Below, in pieces: positions 1 through 12,450 of a DNA stretch of 64,000 nucleotides. The stretch lies in the NCBI RefSeq assembly GCF_009914755.1, contig NC_060939.1. One strand, given 5' to 3'. Positions within the stretch are counted from its first letter, which is position 1; each line of letters starts with the position of its first letter. The DNA is from the human T2T-CHM13v2.0 reference genome, Homo sapiens. Both the position numbers and the translations under genes were made by a program. Below the pieces are notes generated by a model. The model saw only the letters and a program-made list of their open reading frames with translations. It had not been told where the DNA came from and made no database searches.

Positions 1-303
1 TTATAAAGGAAAGAGGTTTGATTGACTCATAGTTCCACATAGCTGACAAGGCCTCACAATCACGGCAGAAGGCGACTGAGGAGCAAAGTCACATCTTACA
101 TGGCAGCAGGCAAGATAGCTTGTGCAGGGGAACTCTTATTTATAAAACCACCAGATCTTGTGAGACTTACTCATTACCACGAGAACAGTATGGGGGAAAC
201 CACCGCCATGATTCAATTATCTCCACCTGGGCCCGCCCTTGACATGTGGGGATTATTATAATTCAAGGTGATATTTGGGTGGGGACACAGCCAAAACATA
301 TCA
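1..303 (-). mobile_element. THE1-type MaLR LTR (cut by window start)
   Basis: Reverse complement begins tgatatgttttggctgtgtccccacccaaat, the THE1/MST LTR 5' terminus; typical internal motifs (gagaacagtatgggggaaacc, atgattcaattatctcc). Confidence 0.9.
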
Positions 304-925
304 CTCTCCCACCATTTCCACTCCAGCCCTGTCTCTATCATTGTCTTGGCCTCATTCTCTTCTGTTGCACAGGATTTCTCATGGAGTCTGGGGAGGGCAC
401 AGGGTGATCATAAATGACTCGGCCTTTTAGCATCCTAGATAACTACTCTGGAGGAAAGAAAGAACTTCTTCTCCCATTCCTGGGAAAGGACAGTGGTTGA
501 TCTAACTGGAGTCACATGCTGACTCAAAGAACCTGAATGAATTTGGGGTAGTAAGAATTGCCAGCCCCCCTGGACCACATGGAATTGTGGAAGAACAGAT
601 CCCTAAAGAAAAAAAGAGTACTACTGCCAGAAGAAGGGAGAGGAATACAGGATGCACAAAGCAGATATTTACCATAAAAGCTCCTATTTATGTTTTCCCA
701 TCCAGACCTTTACCCTGCATTTCAGAATTATAGATATCTTCATTTGGATGTTGCAAACTCAGCAAGTCTTTCTTTACACAAATTTCCTAGAAAATAAATC
801 CCTACACAAAATGCCTATGGTAAGGCTGTATTGGGTGGTACAAATCCAGGGTAGCAAAGTATAAGAGAAGTAGGCACATGGGGCAGAGGAGGAGGGAAGC
901 AAACATGAGATGGTGTGTTACCGAG

Positions 926-1358
926 TGTTTGGGGTTGAATTGTGTCCTCAGAAAGATATGTTGAAGTCCTAACTCCTAGCACTGCAAATGTGCCCTTATT
1001 TGGAAATAGGGTCTTTGCAGATGTGGTTAATTATATTAAGAGGAAGGCTAGCTGGATTAGACGGGATATGATTGGTGTCCTTATAAAAAGAGGAAAGGGC
1101 ACGCAGAGGGGAGGAGGCCATTTGAAGACAGAGGCAGAGATGGAGTAAAGCTGCCACAAGCCAAGGAACACCTGGGGCCCCCAGATGCTGTAAGAGGCAA
1201 GAAAGGATTCTCCCCTAGAGCCCTCAGAGGTAGCATGGCCCTGCCAGCATCTTGATTTCCAACTTCTGGCCTCCAGAACTGTGAAAGAATAAATTTCTGT
1301 TGTTTCAAGCCACCCAGTTTGTGGTACTTTTTTACGGCAGCACTAGGAAGTGACTGCA
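926..1358 (+). mobile_element. MLT1 (MLT1C-like) MaLR solo LTR
   Basis: ggttgaattgtgtcc...ggaaatagggtctttgcagatg...ctccagaactgtgaaagaataaatttctgttgtttcaagccacccagtttgtggtac motifs. Confidence 0.85.
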
Positions 1359-1390
1359 CCAAGCTAGCCACAACTTCGTTAAAAATGCAG

Positions 1391-1670
1391 GCAATTTTGG
1401 GAGGCCAAGGTGGGAGGATTGCTTGAGGCCAAGAGTTCAAGACCAACTGGGGCAACATAGTGAGATCTCCATCTCTAAAATAATAATAAAAAAAATTAGC
1501 AGGGCATGGTGGTGCTTGCCTGTAGTCCCAGCTACTTTGGAGGCTGGAGGCTGAGGTGGGAGGATCATTTGATCCCAGGAGTTTGAGGCTGCAGTGAGCC
1601 ATGATCACACCACTGCATTCCAGCCTGGGCAACATAGTGAGACCCTGTCTCAAAAAGAAATAAAATAAAA
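1391..1670 (+). mobile_element. AluJ, 5'-truncated
   Basis: Alu dimer with J-type ggaggattgcttgag and gaggctgcagtgagccatg; TSD taaaaatgcag on both sides. Confidence 0.92.
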
Positions 1671-1866
1671 ATGCAGCCTGTTGCTTGGGCACATGGAAAG
1701 TTTTATAAACAGGACTAACAGAAGAACCATGCCTTGGAACACTTCTTTGGGGTTGGGGGTAGAGAGAAAAAGATTTAGCTGGTGGCTTCTTTCTGTACTT
1801 ATAAGCCAGGTCTATTTCATGGTTAACTCCCACCCATTTCTGGGTTGTGTTAATTGGCCCCTCCAG

Positions 1867-2382
1867 GGATCCACTGGAGAAACCAGACCGCAAGCTTTCA
1901 GTCTGGTGCTTCAGCTGGACCAAAAAGTGATCAGAGAAGCCGTAGTCTCCAACGGGTTCAGCCAAGTCCAGGGATGACTGGAGCTTGAAAGAGCTGTTGA
2001 TGAAGACAGAGTGGGATGAGGCAGAAAAGCTGTAGTACATTATGGCATACAAAGAACTAGAGATGCAGCTTTGCCTAGGAACCTGGTGGATGAGCTGCAG
2101 GACCTGGGCTGGAAAAGAATTAAGCATTTGTGGCAGCTGCCCATGGAACATGTGGAGAATGTGCTGGTGGCATTGCTACCCAAGTCCACCTCCTGCCTAC
2201 TACATGACAAGCCAGTGTCCTTGTTACGGCTGCACTATAAGCAGTTCAGATCGCCAAAGGGCACTGCTCTAAGTCCAACTTGATGTGGGATGAGATGAGC
2301 GTACACTCATGATTGCAGCTGGAGATCCTCATTGACCAATGATTAAGACCTGTGGGGTAGACGGAGATCAGCAAATCTTGGG
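1867..2382 (+). pseudogene. Candidate decayed coding exon of an unidentified lost gene
   Basis: Non-repeat island between acceptor-like cccctccag|G and donor-like GGG|GTATGT; GC3-rich codon pattern (AAC CTG GTG GAT GAG CTG CAG GAC CTG GGC TGG); peptide-like pieces DDWSLKELLMKTEWDEAEKL*YIMAYKELEMQL and RNLVDELQDLGWKRIKHLWQLPMEHVENVLVALLPK in different frames. Confidence 0.4.
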
Positions 2383-2409
2383 GTATGTATATAACAAGGC
2401 TTAGTATAA

Positions 2410-3100
2410 CATCCAAAGTGCATTCATCTTCCTTCTACTCTAAACACAAACCTGCTATTTCTGTGCTTCCTGATTCAATGATTGGTAGCACCAGAGACTC
2501 AGTAACTTGAGCCAGAAATTCAGAGTTGTTCTTGACTTTTCTCTTTTCTCCCGTGTTCAATCCTTTACCAAATGCAGTCAGTTCTGCCTCCAAAATATCT
2601 CTTGACTCTGACCACTTTCTGTCCCCATTACCACATACTCTTCCAGGCCACCTTCTTTTTTACCTTGGATATTGCAATAGGCTCCAGATGCACTCCTTAC
2701 CTTTTGTCTCATTCACCTCCAAAATGTGCCCCTCCCTGCAGGCAGCATGATCTTCCCAAACACAGACTAATCAAGTTACACCCGATAGACAGTTCTTCCA
2801 AGGCTCTTTGTTGCTCTTTGTATAAAGATCCAAACACAAGTCCCCTGAAGCTCTGGCTGCCATGTAATCCCTTGCCTCTTGTCTTGCCACTTCTTGTCTT
2901 AAGTGCTACAATACAGCCAGGCTGAACTTCTTGTGGCCTTTGTACCTATGATCTCATTTCATCTATCTGTTCACTCCTCCAGCAAGTGTCTGGTGAGCGC
3001 CTGCTATGCCCCGCAGTGGCAGGCACTGCGATCCCAGCAGGGATGCTCTTGCTCTTGAGCCTTTGCACATGCTGTACCTCCTGCCTGGAATGTTCTCCCC
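2410..3100. mobile_element. L2 LINE fragments (both orientations)
   Basis: Degenerate L2 3' motifs (ttctgcctccaaaatatctc, cctttgcacatgctgt...cctggaatgttctcc). Confidence 0.6.
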
Positions 3101-5210
3101 TTGTGTAGAAAAAGCGAACAGACTGCTCACAATCTTCTCCCTTGCCTTCCTATTATAGAGATTAGAAAACGAAGACTCAGCTTTCCTTGTAGAGGACACA
3201 CAGTTCTGGCCAGTGAGATCAAGGCAGAAGTCCATAGAGAGGGCATCCTTTCCTGAATAAAAGTCCTCACTAAAGGCTTTCTGCCTTTCTCTCTGCTTTC
3301 CACCAGGAACACGACTGTAAAGCCAATGGGTACAACAGCTGCCCTGCAACTATGTGGCTGCAAGAATGATCAATGATCAGTGATAAAGGACTCGATGCTA
3401 AGGAGAATGGGTGGAAATAAGGGCCTGGTTCTAAGGCCGCTGTGTATAGCCATGTAGGTTGTGTGTTGCACAATTCTAGGAGGCACCATTGTCATAGACT
3501 GTAACATGGTTAAGCTGTGGTCCTGGTCCAGCCTCTGGTCTAGTCTCTGAAGGGAAGGGAGTGAAGGGAATGGCAGAAAGCTTGGAATTCTGTGAATTGT
3601 GAATTCTCCCAAATCTCTCTAGCAACCAAATTGTTTCCATAATTCTTTATGACAAGGCTTTTGAAACTCAAAGGCTGAGAATTGATTTCATCTTCTGCTG
3701 TGTCAACTTTTGCCTAAGGCAATGAGTGATGACTCACCTGGTTCAGACCAGGAGAGAAATCCAGGCTGAAGGAAAATACAGGGAGAGGGGTAGAATTCCT
3801 TGGTTAATATTTCAAAATCTTAGTCTGCAACAAATGTACCCATAAAGTGTGTGCCAAGTAATATAAATACTCTTAATAGCAAAGAAATAATTCTACTTAA
3901 ATTGGAGTAGGAAATGAGGAAAAGTTGGAGAAAGCTCCCCAGGGAGGGTGACGGTTGGACTGGACTTTGAAGACTGCATTTATTTTGGCAAGACAGGGAA
4001 GGCATTCTATACAAAGGTCTGGCATAAGCGAAGTCAGAGAGGCCTAGTGTGCATGGTACATTGGCAGAAGTAATCAAGCGTGGCAAAGGAGTGGCCAGGA
4101 GGGAGGTTGGGGCAAGGGTGAGAAAGTTCTTGAATGTGCAACTTTCAGGGAGCTGAGGAAAGGATGGAGAAGTCCTGACTGTCCTCTCACGGACATCCCC
4201 ACCTGGCCTCAGGTGTCCGTACAGCCCCTTCACCTTGCTTGATAAGCAACTGCCCAGTGCTGGCCACTCTGGAGGAGTCATGGGAGCCCACACTGGCTCT
4301 GGGAGAGTGTGTACTCTAGGCGAGGGGGTTGCCCCTGGCTCATGGGCTCACTGTCTCCTGACAGCTTGGCCCCTGGTGTCTCCTGGGAACAGCCCTTCTT
4401 GCTTAGGCCATTAGCACACCCTTAAAGAGGGAGAGAACTGCCGTCAGCAGACCTCTGGCTTCTCCCAGCCATGGCTGGGGAGAAGGAGCTTCCCAAGGTG
4501 CTTTGCAGCTGCTCCTGTGGGCCCACAGTGCTCTTTCTGCACCATCTTGGCACTCAGCACTGTGTGTACTCACCCTGGAGACACAGATTGAGCCCTGATC
4601 TGTATTTAGTCTTAGTCACAGTCCCAGTGTGGGATTCCCTCCCCTGCCCACCCCACCCCCACCCTTGGAAACAAGTGAGTGGGAGCCTTTCTCATCTCCG
4701 GGGGTGGATCAAAACTCCCTTGCCCAGAGTGGGTGGGAAGAATGCTGAGCCTGGGGAAGGATTCTGGGGTGCACTCTTTCCAAGCCTCCCTGCTTCTTCA
4801 ATGGATCATGAATCTTAATTCCCCATCCCAACAAGGGCTGCTTCCAGAGCTGAGAGAGAAGCTGTGTAGTTGGGATCATTGCAGCCCTCAAGGATGCACT
4901 CAAGCCAGTGAGGAGGAGAAAGACCACTTGACCACCCATGGAATCAGGGATCATTCCTGAACCCCTTTCACCGTCTATTTGGATAGAAGGATAGAAAGTA
5001 AAGGTGGTGATCATCTTTTGATTCTACTCTTATCTTGCCCAAATCCCCACTTGCTAGAGTCTAGGAAGCCAACAACCCCTTCATGGGTATAGATTTTCAC
5101 CCAACCTACTTCAGTCAGGTATGAGCCCATAAAGCCTAGGCCAATTCCTGCTTGGTTCCCAGCACCCATTTACCTCCTGATCTCTGGTAGGGATAAGAGT
5201 GTGTTGGGGA

Positions 5211-5841
5211 TGTATTAGTTTTTCTATTGCTGCTGTAATAAATGATCACACATTCAGCAGCTTAAAATGATATCTGCTTCTTAGCTTACAATTTTGCAGG
5301 GCAGAAGTCAAAATTGAGGTGTCTGCAGGCTGCATTCCTTGCTGGAGGTTCAAGGGAGGATCCATGCTTTTGTTCATTCAAGTTGTTGGCAGAATTCGGC
5401 TCCATGCAGTTGTAGGACTGAGGGTTCTTTGTTGGCTGCCATCTAAGGGTCACATTCAGCTTCTAGAGGTTGCCAGCATTCCTTGATTGGTGGTCCCCTT
5501 CCTCCATCTTCCAAGCCACCAATGGTGGGTAGCGTCCTCTCACAGTTTACATTTCTCCTGCCTTTTCTTTCGTTGCATCTCTCTGAGTTGAGCAGGGAAA
5601 GGCTCCCAGCCACCTGAGTGGCCCCAGTCTAATCGCCTGAGCCCTTAAAAGCTGGGAGCCTTTCTCTGCTGAACTTTCACACTTGACTTTGCAGGTGTGA
5701 TTAAATTTACCAATCTTTCTGTCTCAAGATCGGTAACCTTAATCACACTTGCAAAGTCCTTTTGCCATGTAACATAACATATCACAGGTTCTGGGGATTG
5801 GAGTGTAGACATCTTTGGAGGCCAGTATTTGGCCTGCCATA
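5211..5841 (-). mobile_element. MLT1E-like MaLR solo LTR
   Basis: Starts tgtattagtttttctattgctgctgtaa; ends gcaaagtccttttgccatgtaacataacatatcacaggttctggggatt...gccata. Confidence 0.8.
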
Positions 5842-6456
5842 GAGTGTGATTAAGAGCTTCATCTCTGCATCCTCTTCCCCTCCCCCTCACAAATTCTGGT
5901 CCTTTAACCTCAGGGTGAGGAAGAAGCCCAGGACACAAGAGAAAAGCCAGGTCTCTTCTTGGCTTACAGGTGAAGGTTTCCCTTATTTGAAGTTGTCTGC
6001 ACAACTTCTTCAAAGAGAGGCTGGTTTGAGAGCTGGAATCCCACTAGGGGTGTTGAAAGTAGGAAAAAGTGAGGAAGAACTGAGGTTCTAACTAACCTCA
6101 GCCTTTATCCAAAGCCTTCTCCATTTACCAGCAACACAGAAACAAACATTGATGTGTGAATATTCTATAGATTCCTCTGCCCAGTATGTAGCTTCAAGTA
6201 GACTATGAACTCTCCTCCCTTGCTGGGGAGCCCAGGCCAGACAACCAGGCTCTAGGAAAGCATTTATATGTATTAAAGATGTTCATATGTTAAAAAATAC
6301 AATTTGGGGGGGTGTTTGGAAATATGAAATATTTTCACCAGGGGCTAGCTGAGAGCCAGGCGACCCTGCAGGAACCGGTTCATGGGCTGCTTCTGTGTAC
6401 CCTCCCCTGTGTGCCTGCTCAGCATCTGGGCCCCTTGACCTCCTGCTCTCTGGAAG

Positions 6457-6751
6457 GGTCTGTCAGTCTCGCAGGTAGCAAGCCTGTAGGATGCAAAGCA
6501 GTCAATCTGTGGACACTGTTAAGGACCAAATCCCTAGCCATAGACACCATCTGCTCCCAGGAGGATTGGTGTTTGTCCTGTAGGACCGACCTCTACTTCT
6601 ACCCCAGCTATATGGGGAGCCAGGGCAGCTCTGGCTTCTGGGTTGACCTCCACTTCGGGCTCTTGGGCTCCCACTGCTTGGGGTGTGTCATCACCTCTCA
6701 GACTCTCAGTGGTGTGATTACACTTTGTGAGCAAGAAGGAGAAATGTCAAG
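6457..6751 (+). pseudogene. Candidate exon remnant, stop-free frame
   Basis: Non-repeat, strongly C/G-ending codons (GAC ACC ATC TGC TCC CAG GAG ... GAC CTC TAC TTC TAC CCC AGC); part of ORF 6312..6785; upstream pyrimidine tract plus AG; donor weak. Confidence 0.35.
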
Positions 6752-7019
6752 GTGGTGCCTTATTGGGTACAGGGCTAGGGAATAAGACCTCAAAGTATCC
6801 CAGAAACCTAAACATCTTCACTACCACCAGGGGAGGTCGAGTGATAAGAAAGACTAATCAGTACTTTCTGGGTTGCTTATTTCAGGAGCCTAACCTTCAC
6901 CTCCCTACTCAATTCCCTTTTCTATTCTCAACCTTCCTGATATCCATTGCTATCCCCACCTTGCTTGTCCTAGTTCTGATCCTCTTTCTAGCTTCACTAT
7001 AAATAACACCACTAACACG

Positions 7020-7020
<1 letters not shown>

Positions 7021-7062
<42 letters not shown>
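7021..7062 (+). repeat. (CA)21 microsatellite
   Basis: Perfect CA dinucleotide run. Confidence 0.98.
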
Positions 7063-7065
<3 letters not shown>

Positions 7066-7102
7066 CTAGATATATTACCATAATAAAAAAGTCACTATGT
7101 TA

Positions 7103-7290
7103 GGGATCCTTAAACTTTGGTTTGCTTAGGGGTTGCTTAATAGCAATCTGGCAGTGGCCTGAGCCCCACCCCTGGACATTTTGATCTGGGTCTGGGGTGG
7201 AGTCTGAACTACTCTATTTTTAACAAGCTATATTTTTAACAACTACCCAGGTAACTGTTGACTGATGCAGCTCACTGTCTGTGACCTGGA
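7103..7290. mobile_element. MER5-like hAT DNA transposon fragment
   Basis: gagccccacccctggacattttgatctgggtctggggtgg...tttttaacaag...cccaggt MER5-type core. Confidence 0.55.
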
Positions 7291-7680
7291 TGATCAGGCT
7301 GCAGCCTGACCTCCTTTTAGGGGTAGGTATTTTTAAGCTGTTTTATAAGCACTTTGTTCTAGTCTCTTTCCTTTATAGGTTAGAAATACCTCTGATTTGA
7401 ACCAAGGCCAGTTCAGTATTTGGTACAGATCTTAATACACTGGTAATTTTAAATAAATACTTACACTGGTAATTTTTTATAAATACTTTTTAAATATCAG
7501 AAGTCATTTTTGCTTGAAACAAGCCTTTCAACTCTGAATCTAAATAGTCACTAGTGGATGCAAATTCATTTGGAAAGGATAAACATTTTTTATTTGTTTT
7601 CACATACAGTACTCTGGTGTCTCTCAATAGACAATCATCAATTTACATTCATTTATTCAACACTGATTAAGCAGGGACAT

Positions 7681-8077
7681 TGTATTAGTCCATTCTCACA
7701 TTGCTTTAAAGAACTATCTGAGACTGGGTAGTTTATAAAGAAAAGAGATTTAATTGGCTCACCATTCTACAGACTGTACAGAAAGCATGGCAGGGGAGGC
7801 CTCAGGAAACTTACAATCATGGAGGAAGGCAAAGGGGAAGCAAGCACGTCTTCACGTGGCCAATAAAAGAGAGAGTGAGCGAAGAGGGAAGTGCTGTATG
7901 TTTTTAAACAACCAGATCTCGTGAGAACTCTCTCACAAGACAGCATGAGGGGGATGGTGCTAAACCATTAGAAACCAGCCCCATGATCCAATCACCTCCC
8001 ACCAGGCCCCACCTCCAATACTTGGGATCACAATTCAACATGAGATTTGGTTAGGGACACACAGCCAAACCATATCA
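7681..8077 (-). mobile_element. MSTA/THE1D-like MaLR solo LTR
   Basis: tgtattagtccattctcacattgc...ggggatggtgctaaacc...acacagccaaaccatatca; 5-bp TSD gacat/gatat. Confidence 0.9.
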
Positions 8078-8427
8078 GATATAAAGATGAATAATGACTA
8101 GATGCCTTTACGAGAATTTCAGGCCCTGTGTGCTCTGATCCTGACCTGCACCCCCATTGTCATTTTGCCATGACAGGAACTCCCAGCCCTGCACCAGCCA
8201 CACTTAGCTTCTTACAGGTCCTTGAACTTGCTAAGCTTCCTCTCACCACTGAGTCTTTGTCCATGCTAATCCCTCTGCCTAGAATGTTCTTCCCTCCTTT
8301 TTCTAATTCATTTCTACTTATTTTTCAGCCTTCAGCTCAAAGGACACCTCGAGGAATATTTCTCTGGTCTCCCAGACCTAGGTTAGGTTGGGCTCCCACA
8401 TCATAAGATCTCTTAGTTTTTATGCCT

Positions 8428-8724
8428 TTTTTTTTTTTTTTTTTTGAGAGAGAGTCTCGCTTTGTAGCCAGGCTGGAGTGCAGTAGCATGATCTTGGTTC
8501 ACTGCAACCTCCGCCTCCTGGGTTCAAGTGATTGTCCTGCCTCAGCCTCCTGAGTAGCTGGGACTACAGGTGCACGCCACCACACCAAGCTAATTTTTGT
8601 TTTTTTAGTAGAGACGGGGTTTCATCATGTTGGCCAGGATGATCTCGATCTCTTGACCTCGTGATCCACCCACCTCGGCCTCCTAAAGTGCTGGGATTAC
8701 AGGCGTGAGCCACCGTGCCTGGCC
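8428..8724 (-). mobile_element. AluSc-like
   Basis: Full antisense Alu with ggccaggatgatctcgatctcttgacctcgtgatcc diagnostics; TSD tatgccttytttt. Confidence 0.92.
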
Positions 8725-9190
8725 TATGCCTTCTTTTAAGAATAGTTTTAGCCATTCTTATGTGCCTAATGCACAGTGGGCTCTCTGTATTTGCTGAATG
8801 AATAGATGCATGTGAACATGTGGATTTCTGAATCCTCAGGCTGTCACATCCTAGTGGGAGAAACAGACGTGTGAAGTAACCATAGTAATAGGTGCTACAA
8901 TAGAGGAGCAGACAAGATTTGATTTGTCAGGGAAATCAAAACACAAAGATTGTTTGATCAGTACCACTTGTGAGGTTGGGCCAGGGAAGACTTTATACAG
9001 AAGGTGATGCTTCAGATGAATTTTGAAGGGCAACCAGTTTTCCAGGCAGAGGAGAGGGTATTTTTGGCTAGAAAGGACCATGTGGTGATGCTGCAGGGTG
9101 GCCTCAAGCAGTTCACTGCACCTGGAGGGATGGGGTTTAAACTCAGTGGCAGGACTCCACCCAATGCCATTTGGGAGCCAGATCTCTCCC

Positions 9191-9689
9191 TGGAGGGGTT
9201 GGATTGTGCACCCCCAACCAAAATGTCCAAGTCCTAACTCACAGTACCTGTGAATGTCACTTTATTTGAAAAGAAGGGTCTTTGCAGATGTAATTGAGTT
9301 AAGGGTTCTTTGAAATGAGATCATCCTGGATTAACTGGATGGGCCCAAATCCAATGACAAGTGTCCTTATAAGAAGAGGAAAAGACAAAGACAATGGAAG
9401 AAAGCCCGAGGAAGACCATGTGAAGGAGAAGGCAGAGGTTGGGATGATGCAGCCACAAGTCACGGATCACTGAGGATTGCCAACAGCCACTAGAGGCTAG
9501 AAGAGAAGCAGGGAACAAACGGTTTCTCCCTCAGAGTCTCCAGACGGCACTGTGCAGAGCCTTGCCAGCTCTGCTGACACCTTGATTTTTAGTCGTCTGG
9601 CTTCCAGAACTGTGAGAAAATAAATTTCTGTTGTTTTAAGCCACTCAGCTCGTGATAAATTGTTATGGCAGCCACAGGTAACTAAAACA
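9191..9689 (+). mobile_element. MLT1C-like MaLR solo LTR
   Basis: gggtctttgcagatgtaatt...cagaactgtgagaaaataaatttctgttgttttaagccac...taactaaaaca. Confidence 0.85.
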
Positions 9690-9858
9690 TATCCTCAGTG
9701 CTCAGCCCAGATCCAGCATGGCTCTGTGACCAGCAACCCGCAAGACTAGAATCCAAAGAAGGGCTCTCCCGAGCATGGGATGCCAGACCTTCCCCTTTGG
9801 CTGCTTAACACAGAGGAAACTGTGGCTACAATAAACAGAGAGGGGTCTTTGTAAACAG

Positions 9859-10185
9859 GCAACCGGTTGGCTGCCCAAAGTGGACAACCTTTTCAGGATT
9901 GAGAAATGGCAGTCTTCTTGACATTTTAGAAAATCTTTTCCTGGGGGATTTGGCTTCACTTCCTGCTTGGATTTGAAGCCTGCAAATACATTTACAAAGT
10001 CAAGCATTTCCCTGGTGGCTCCCAGGCTCTTTTCAGCAGGGAGAGGGTAGTGGGGTGTCATTGGTGATGTTTTCTGCCAAGAACGAAAGCAAAATTTCTC
10101 CTGTTCACCAACCTCCTTGCCCAAAGCAAATCTGAAGAAGGCTCTTATGACGCACCTTTCAAAAGAAAAAAAACTTTTTAGAAAC
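9859..10185 (+). pseudogene. Candidate decayed coding exon
   Basis: Unique island between two LTRs; AG acceptors ending 9858 and 9896, donor AAC|GTAAGA; frameshifted peptide-like pieces GSLLDILENLFLGD, HFLLGFEACKYIYKVKHFPGG, ANLKKALMTHLSKEKKLFR. Confidence 0.35.
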
Positions 10186-10240
10186 GTAAGATTTGTTTAA
10201 TGCTTTTAATTAACCAGACATATAGTTCTCTTGGCAGGTT

Positions 10241-10706
10241 TGTGGTAGGGAGAATAATGGCTCCCCAAAGACATCTCTGTCCTAATACCTGTCCTAATAT
10301 GTTAGGTCATATGGTAGAGGAGAATTAATGTTGCAGATGGAATTAAATTTGCCAATCAGCTGCCCTTAAAATAAGATTATCGTGGATTATCCAGGTGGGC
10401 TAGATGAAATCACATGGGTTTTCGTAAGACAGAGGGAGGTGATATGAGAAAGATGCTTCAACCAGACATGGTTGCCTTTGAAGATGGGAGGGGGCATGAG
10501 CCAAGGAAGCAGGCAGTCTCTAGAGGCTGGAAAAGGCAAGATAATGGGTTTATACTTAGTCTGCAGAAAGAAAAGCAGCCAAGCCAATGCTTTGATTTTA
10601 GCCCAGGGAAGCCTATTTCAGACTTCTGACCTCAGAACTGTAAGATAATACATTCATGTTGTTTTAAGCCTCTAAGTGTGTGGTAATCGGATAGGAAACT
10701 AATATA
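10241..10706 (+). mobile_element. MLT1D-like MaLR solo LTR
   Basis: tgtggtagggagaataatggctccccaaagac...cagaactgtaagataata...aggaaactaatata. Confidence 0.85.
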
Positions 10707-11029
10707 GGGGAGAAGGAGGAGATTGGAGAGGGAATTGGTGGTAGTTCCTTTTGGTGTTTCCAATGAGGCCACCCTAATGGGAACTGTTGATGAAATACTG
10801 GCCTGAGCTACCATCAGTCGCAGAAGGAGATTGGTGATAACAATCTTTCAAACACAATTCCACTGCCAAGAAAACTGGCAGGACCCCCTCCCTTCCTTCC
10901 CTGAAGTGGAACCAGCTCAGACTTTCTGACTATAGCAAAGCCCCATGGGGTTCTTGGTTGGGTATGGCCACATCCTGACTCGTGTCCGTGGAGTACAAGG
11001 ATGCATGGGAGTCTCCTCTCACTGCCCAG

Positions 11030-11500
11030 GACAGCTGGCTCTGCAGGAGGGCACTCCTGTGCCAGCCACGCTGACCTAATGAAGCCTTCAGCCCCTACAT
11101 GGTGTCTGGTTCCTCCTGCAAAGGATCTTTGAGGCTTCCCTGTGTCTGCTTCTTTCTCTTCTGGTTCTTGCAAGCTCTCCCAGGCCTCATGAGACATGCT
11201 GGAGCACCTGTCACTGCTGGGCCACGTGCCTGCTCTGGGATGATTTGGAGAAGTAGTTGAACCTGCAGATATTTCAGGCATGCCCTCATGCGTCACTTTT
11301 CCCAACAGCTTTTGTCTTCATCTTCTCAAATGTCTCTCGGAGCACTGGCTCCCAGCCTCCTGGCTTGGAATTCATGAGAACGATGCTGCCGAAATCTGAG
11401 CTTGTCAGCGATGGCCCTGCCTGCATGGCCCAGCGGCAGAAACAGGAGGAGAAGAGCTTGTGGAGGCTGGGCAGGGCCCAGCAGAGTCAGGAGGGCTGGG
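11030..11500 (+). pseudogene. Candidate decayed coding exon
   Basis: Acceptor gtctcctctcactgcccag|G, then frame GQLALQEGTPVPATLT**SLQPLHGVWFLLQRIFEASL; later DMLEHLSLLGHVPALG in another frame; 3' end unclear. Confidence 0.3.
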
Positions 11501-12154
11501 GGTCACTGCAACTGAACTTATGCCAGCATCTCTCCAGTGCTATAGAAAACCCAGGGCTCCCTGCAATCTGTTCCAGAAACTCCCCAGTGATCTGGTTAAC
11601 TGTGTGGGATCCAAATCCCTGTTCCACCTCTCACCAGTTCTGTGACCCTGTGCCAGTTGCTTAGATTCTCTGGGCTTCATGTACCTTCCCTTGTGTGAAA
11701 TGATAAAATAGTAGGCAGACAATAATCATTAGCTATAATAACAATTATTATTTCTATTATTACCTATTGGATCCTTCACCTTCCAGAGTCATGAATCTCA
11801 ATGTTCTCTCAGTGATATTCTCCAAACATCTTAGACCCTCCCTTCCTAGTGTTCTGTGTCTATTTCTAACAGTTTTATTGAGATATAGACATCCAATGAA
11901 CTGCATCTTAACATGCATGGTGTGGTATGTTTTCATGTATGTGTACACTCTGGACACCATTACTACAATCAAGATAATGAAAATATCCATTATGTCCCCA
12001 AATTCTGTTTTGTAATCTTTCCTTCCCACTCCTCCCTGCCTACACTTCCTGCCCCCAGTCCTCAAACAACTACTGATTTATTTTCTGTCAGTATAGTTTG
12101 TATTTTGTAGAATTTTATGTAAATGGAATCATAGAGTATGTACTCTGTTATTGT

Positions 12155-12450
<296 letters not shown>

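Noticed and set aside
1081-2151. 356-aa minus-strand ORF, the longest in the window
   Set aside because: It runs through an antisense AluJ and an MLT1 LTR (typical Alu-derived peptide LPRLECSG...). The unique part is better explained as the shadow of a + strand frame.
9484-9500. CTCF-like motif gccactagaggct
   Set aside because: Mismatch in the core GGC end and located inside an MLT1 LTR; not supportable from sequence alone.
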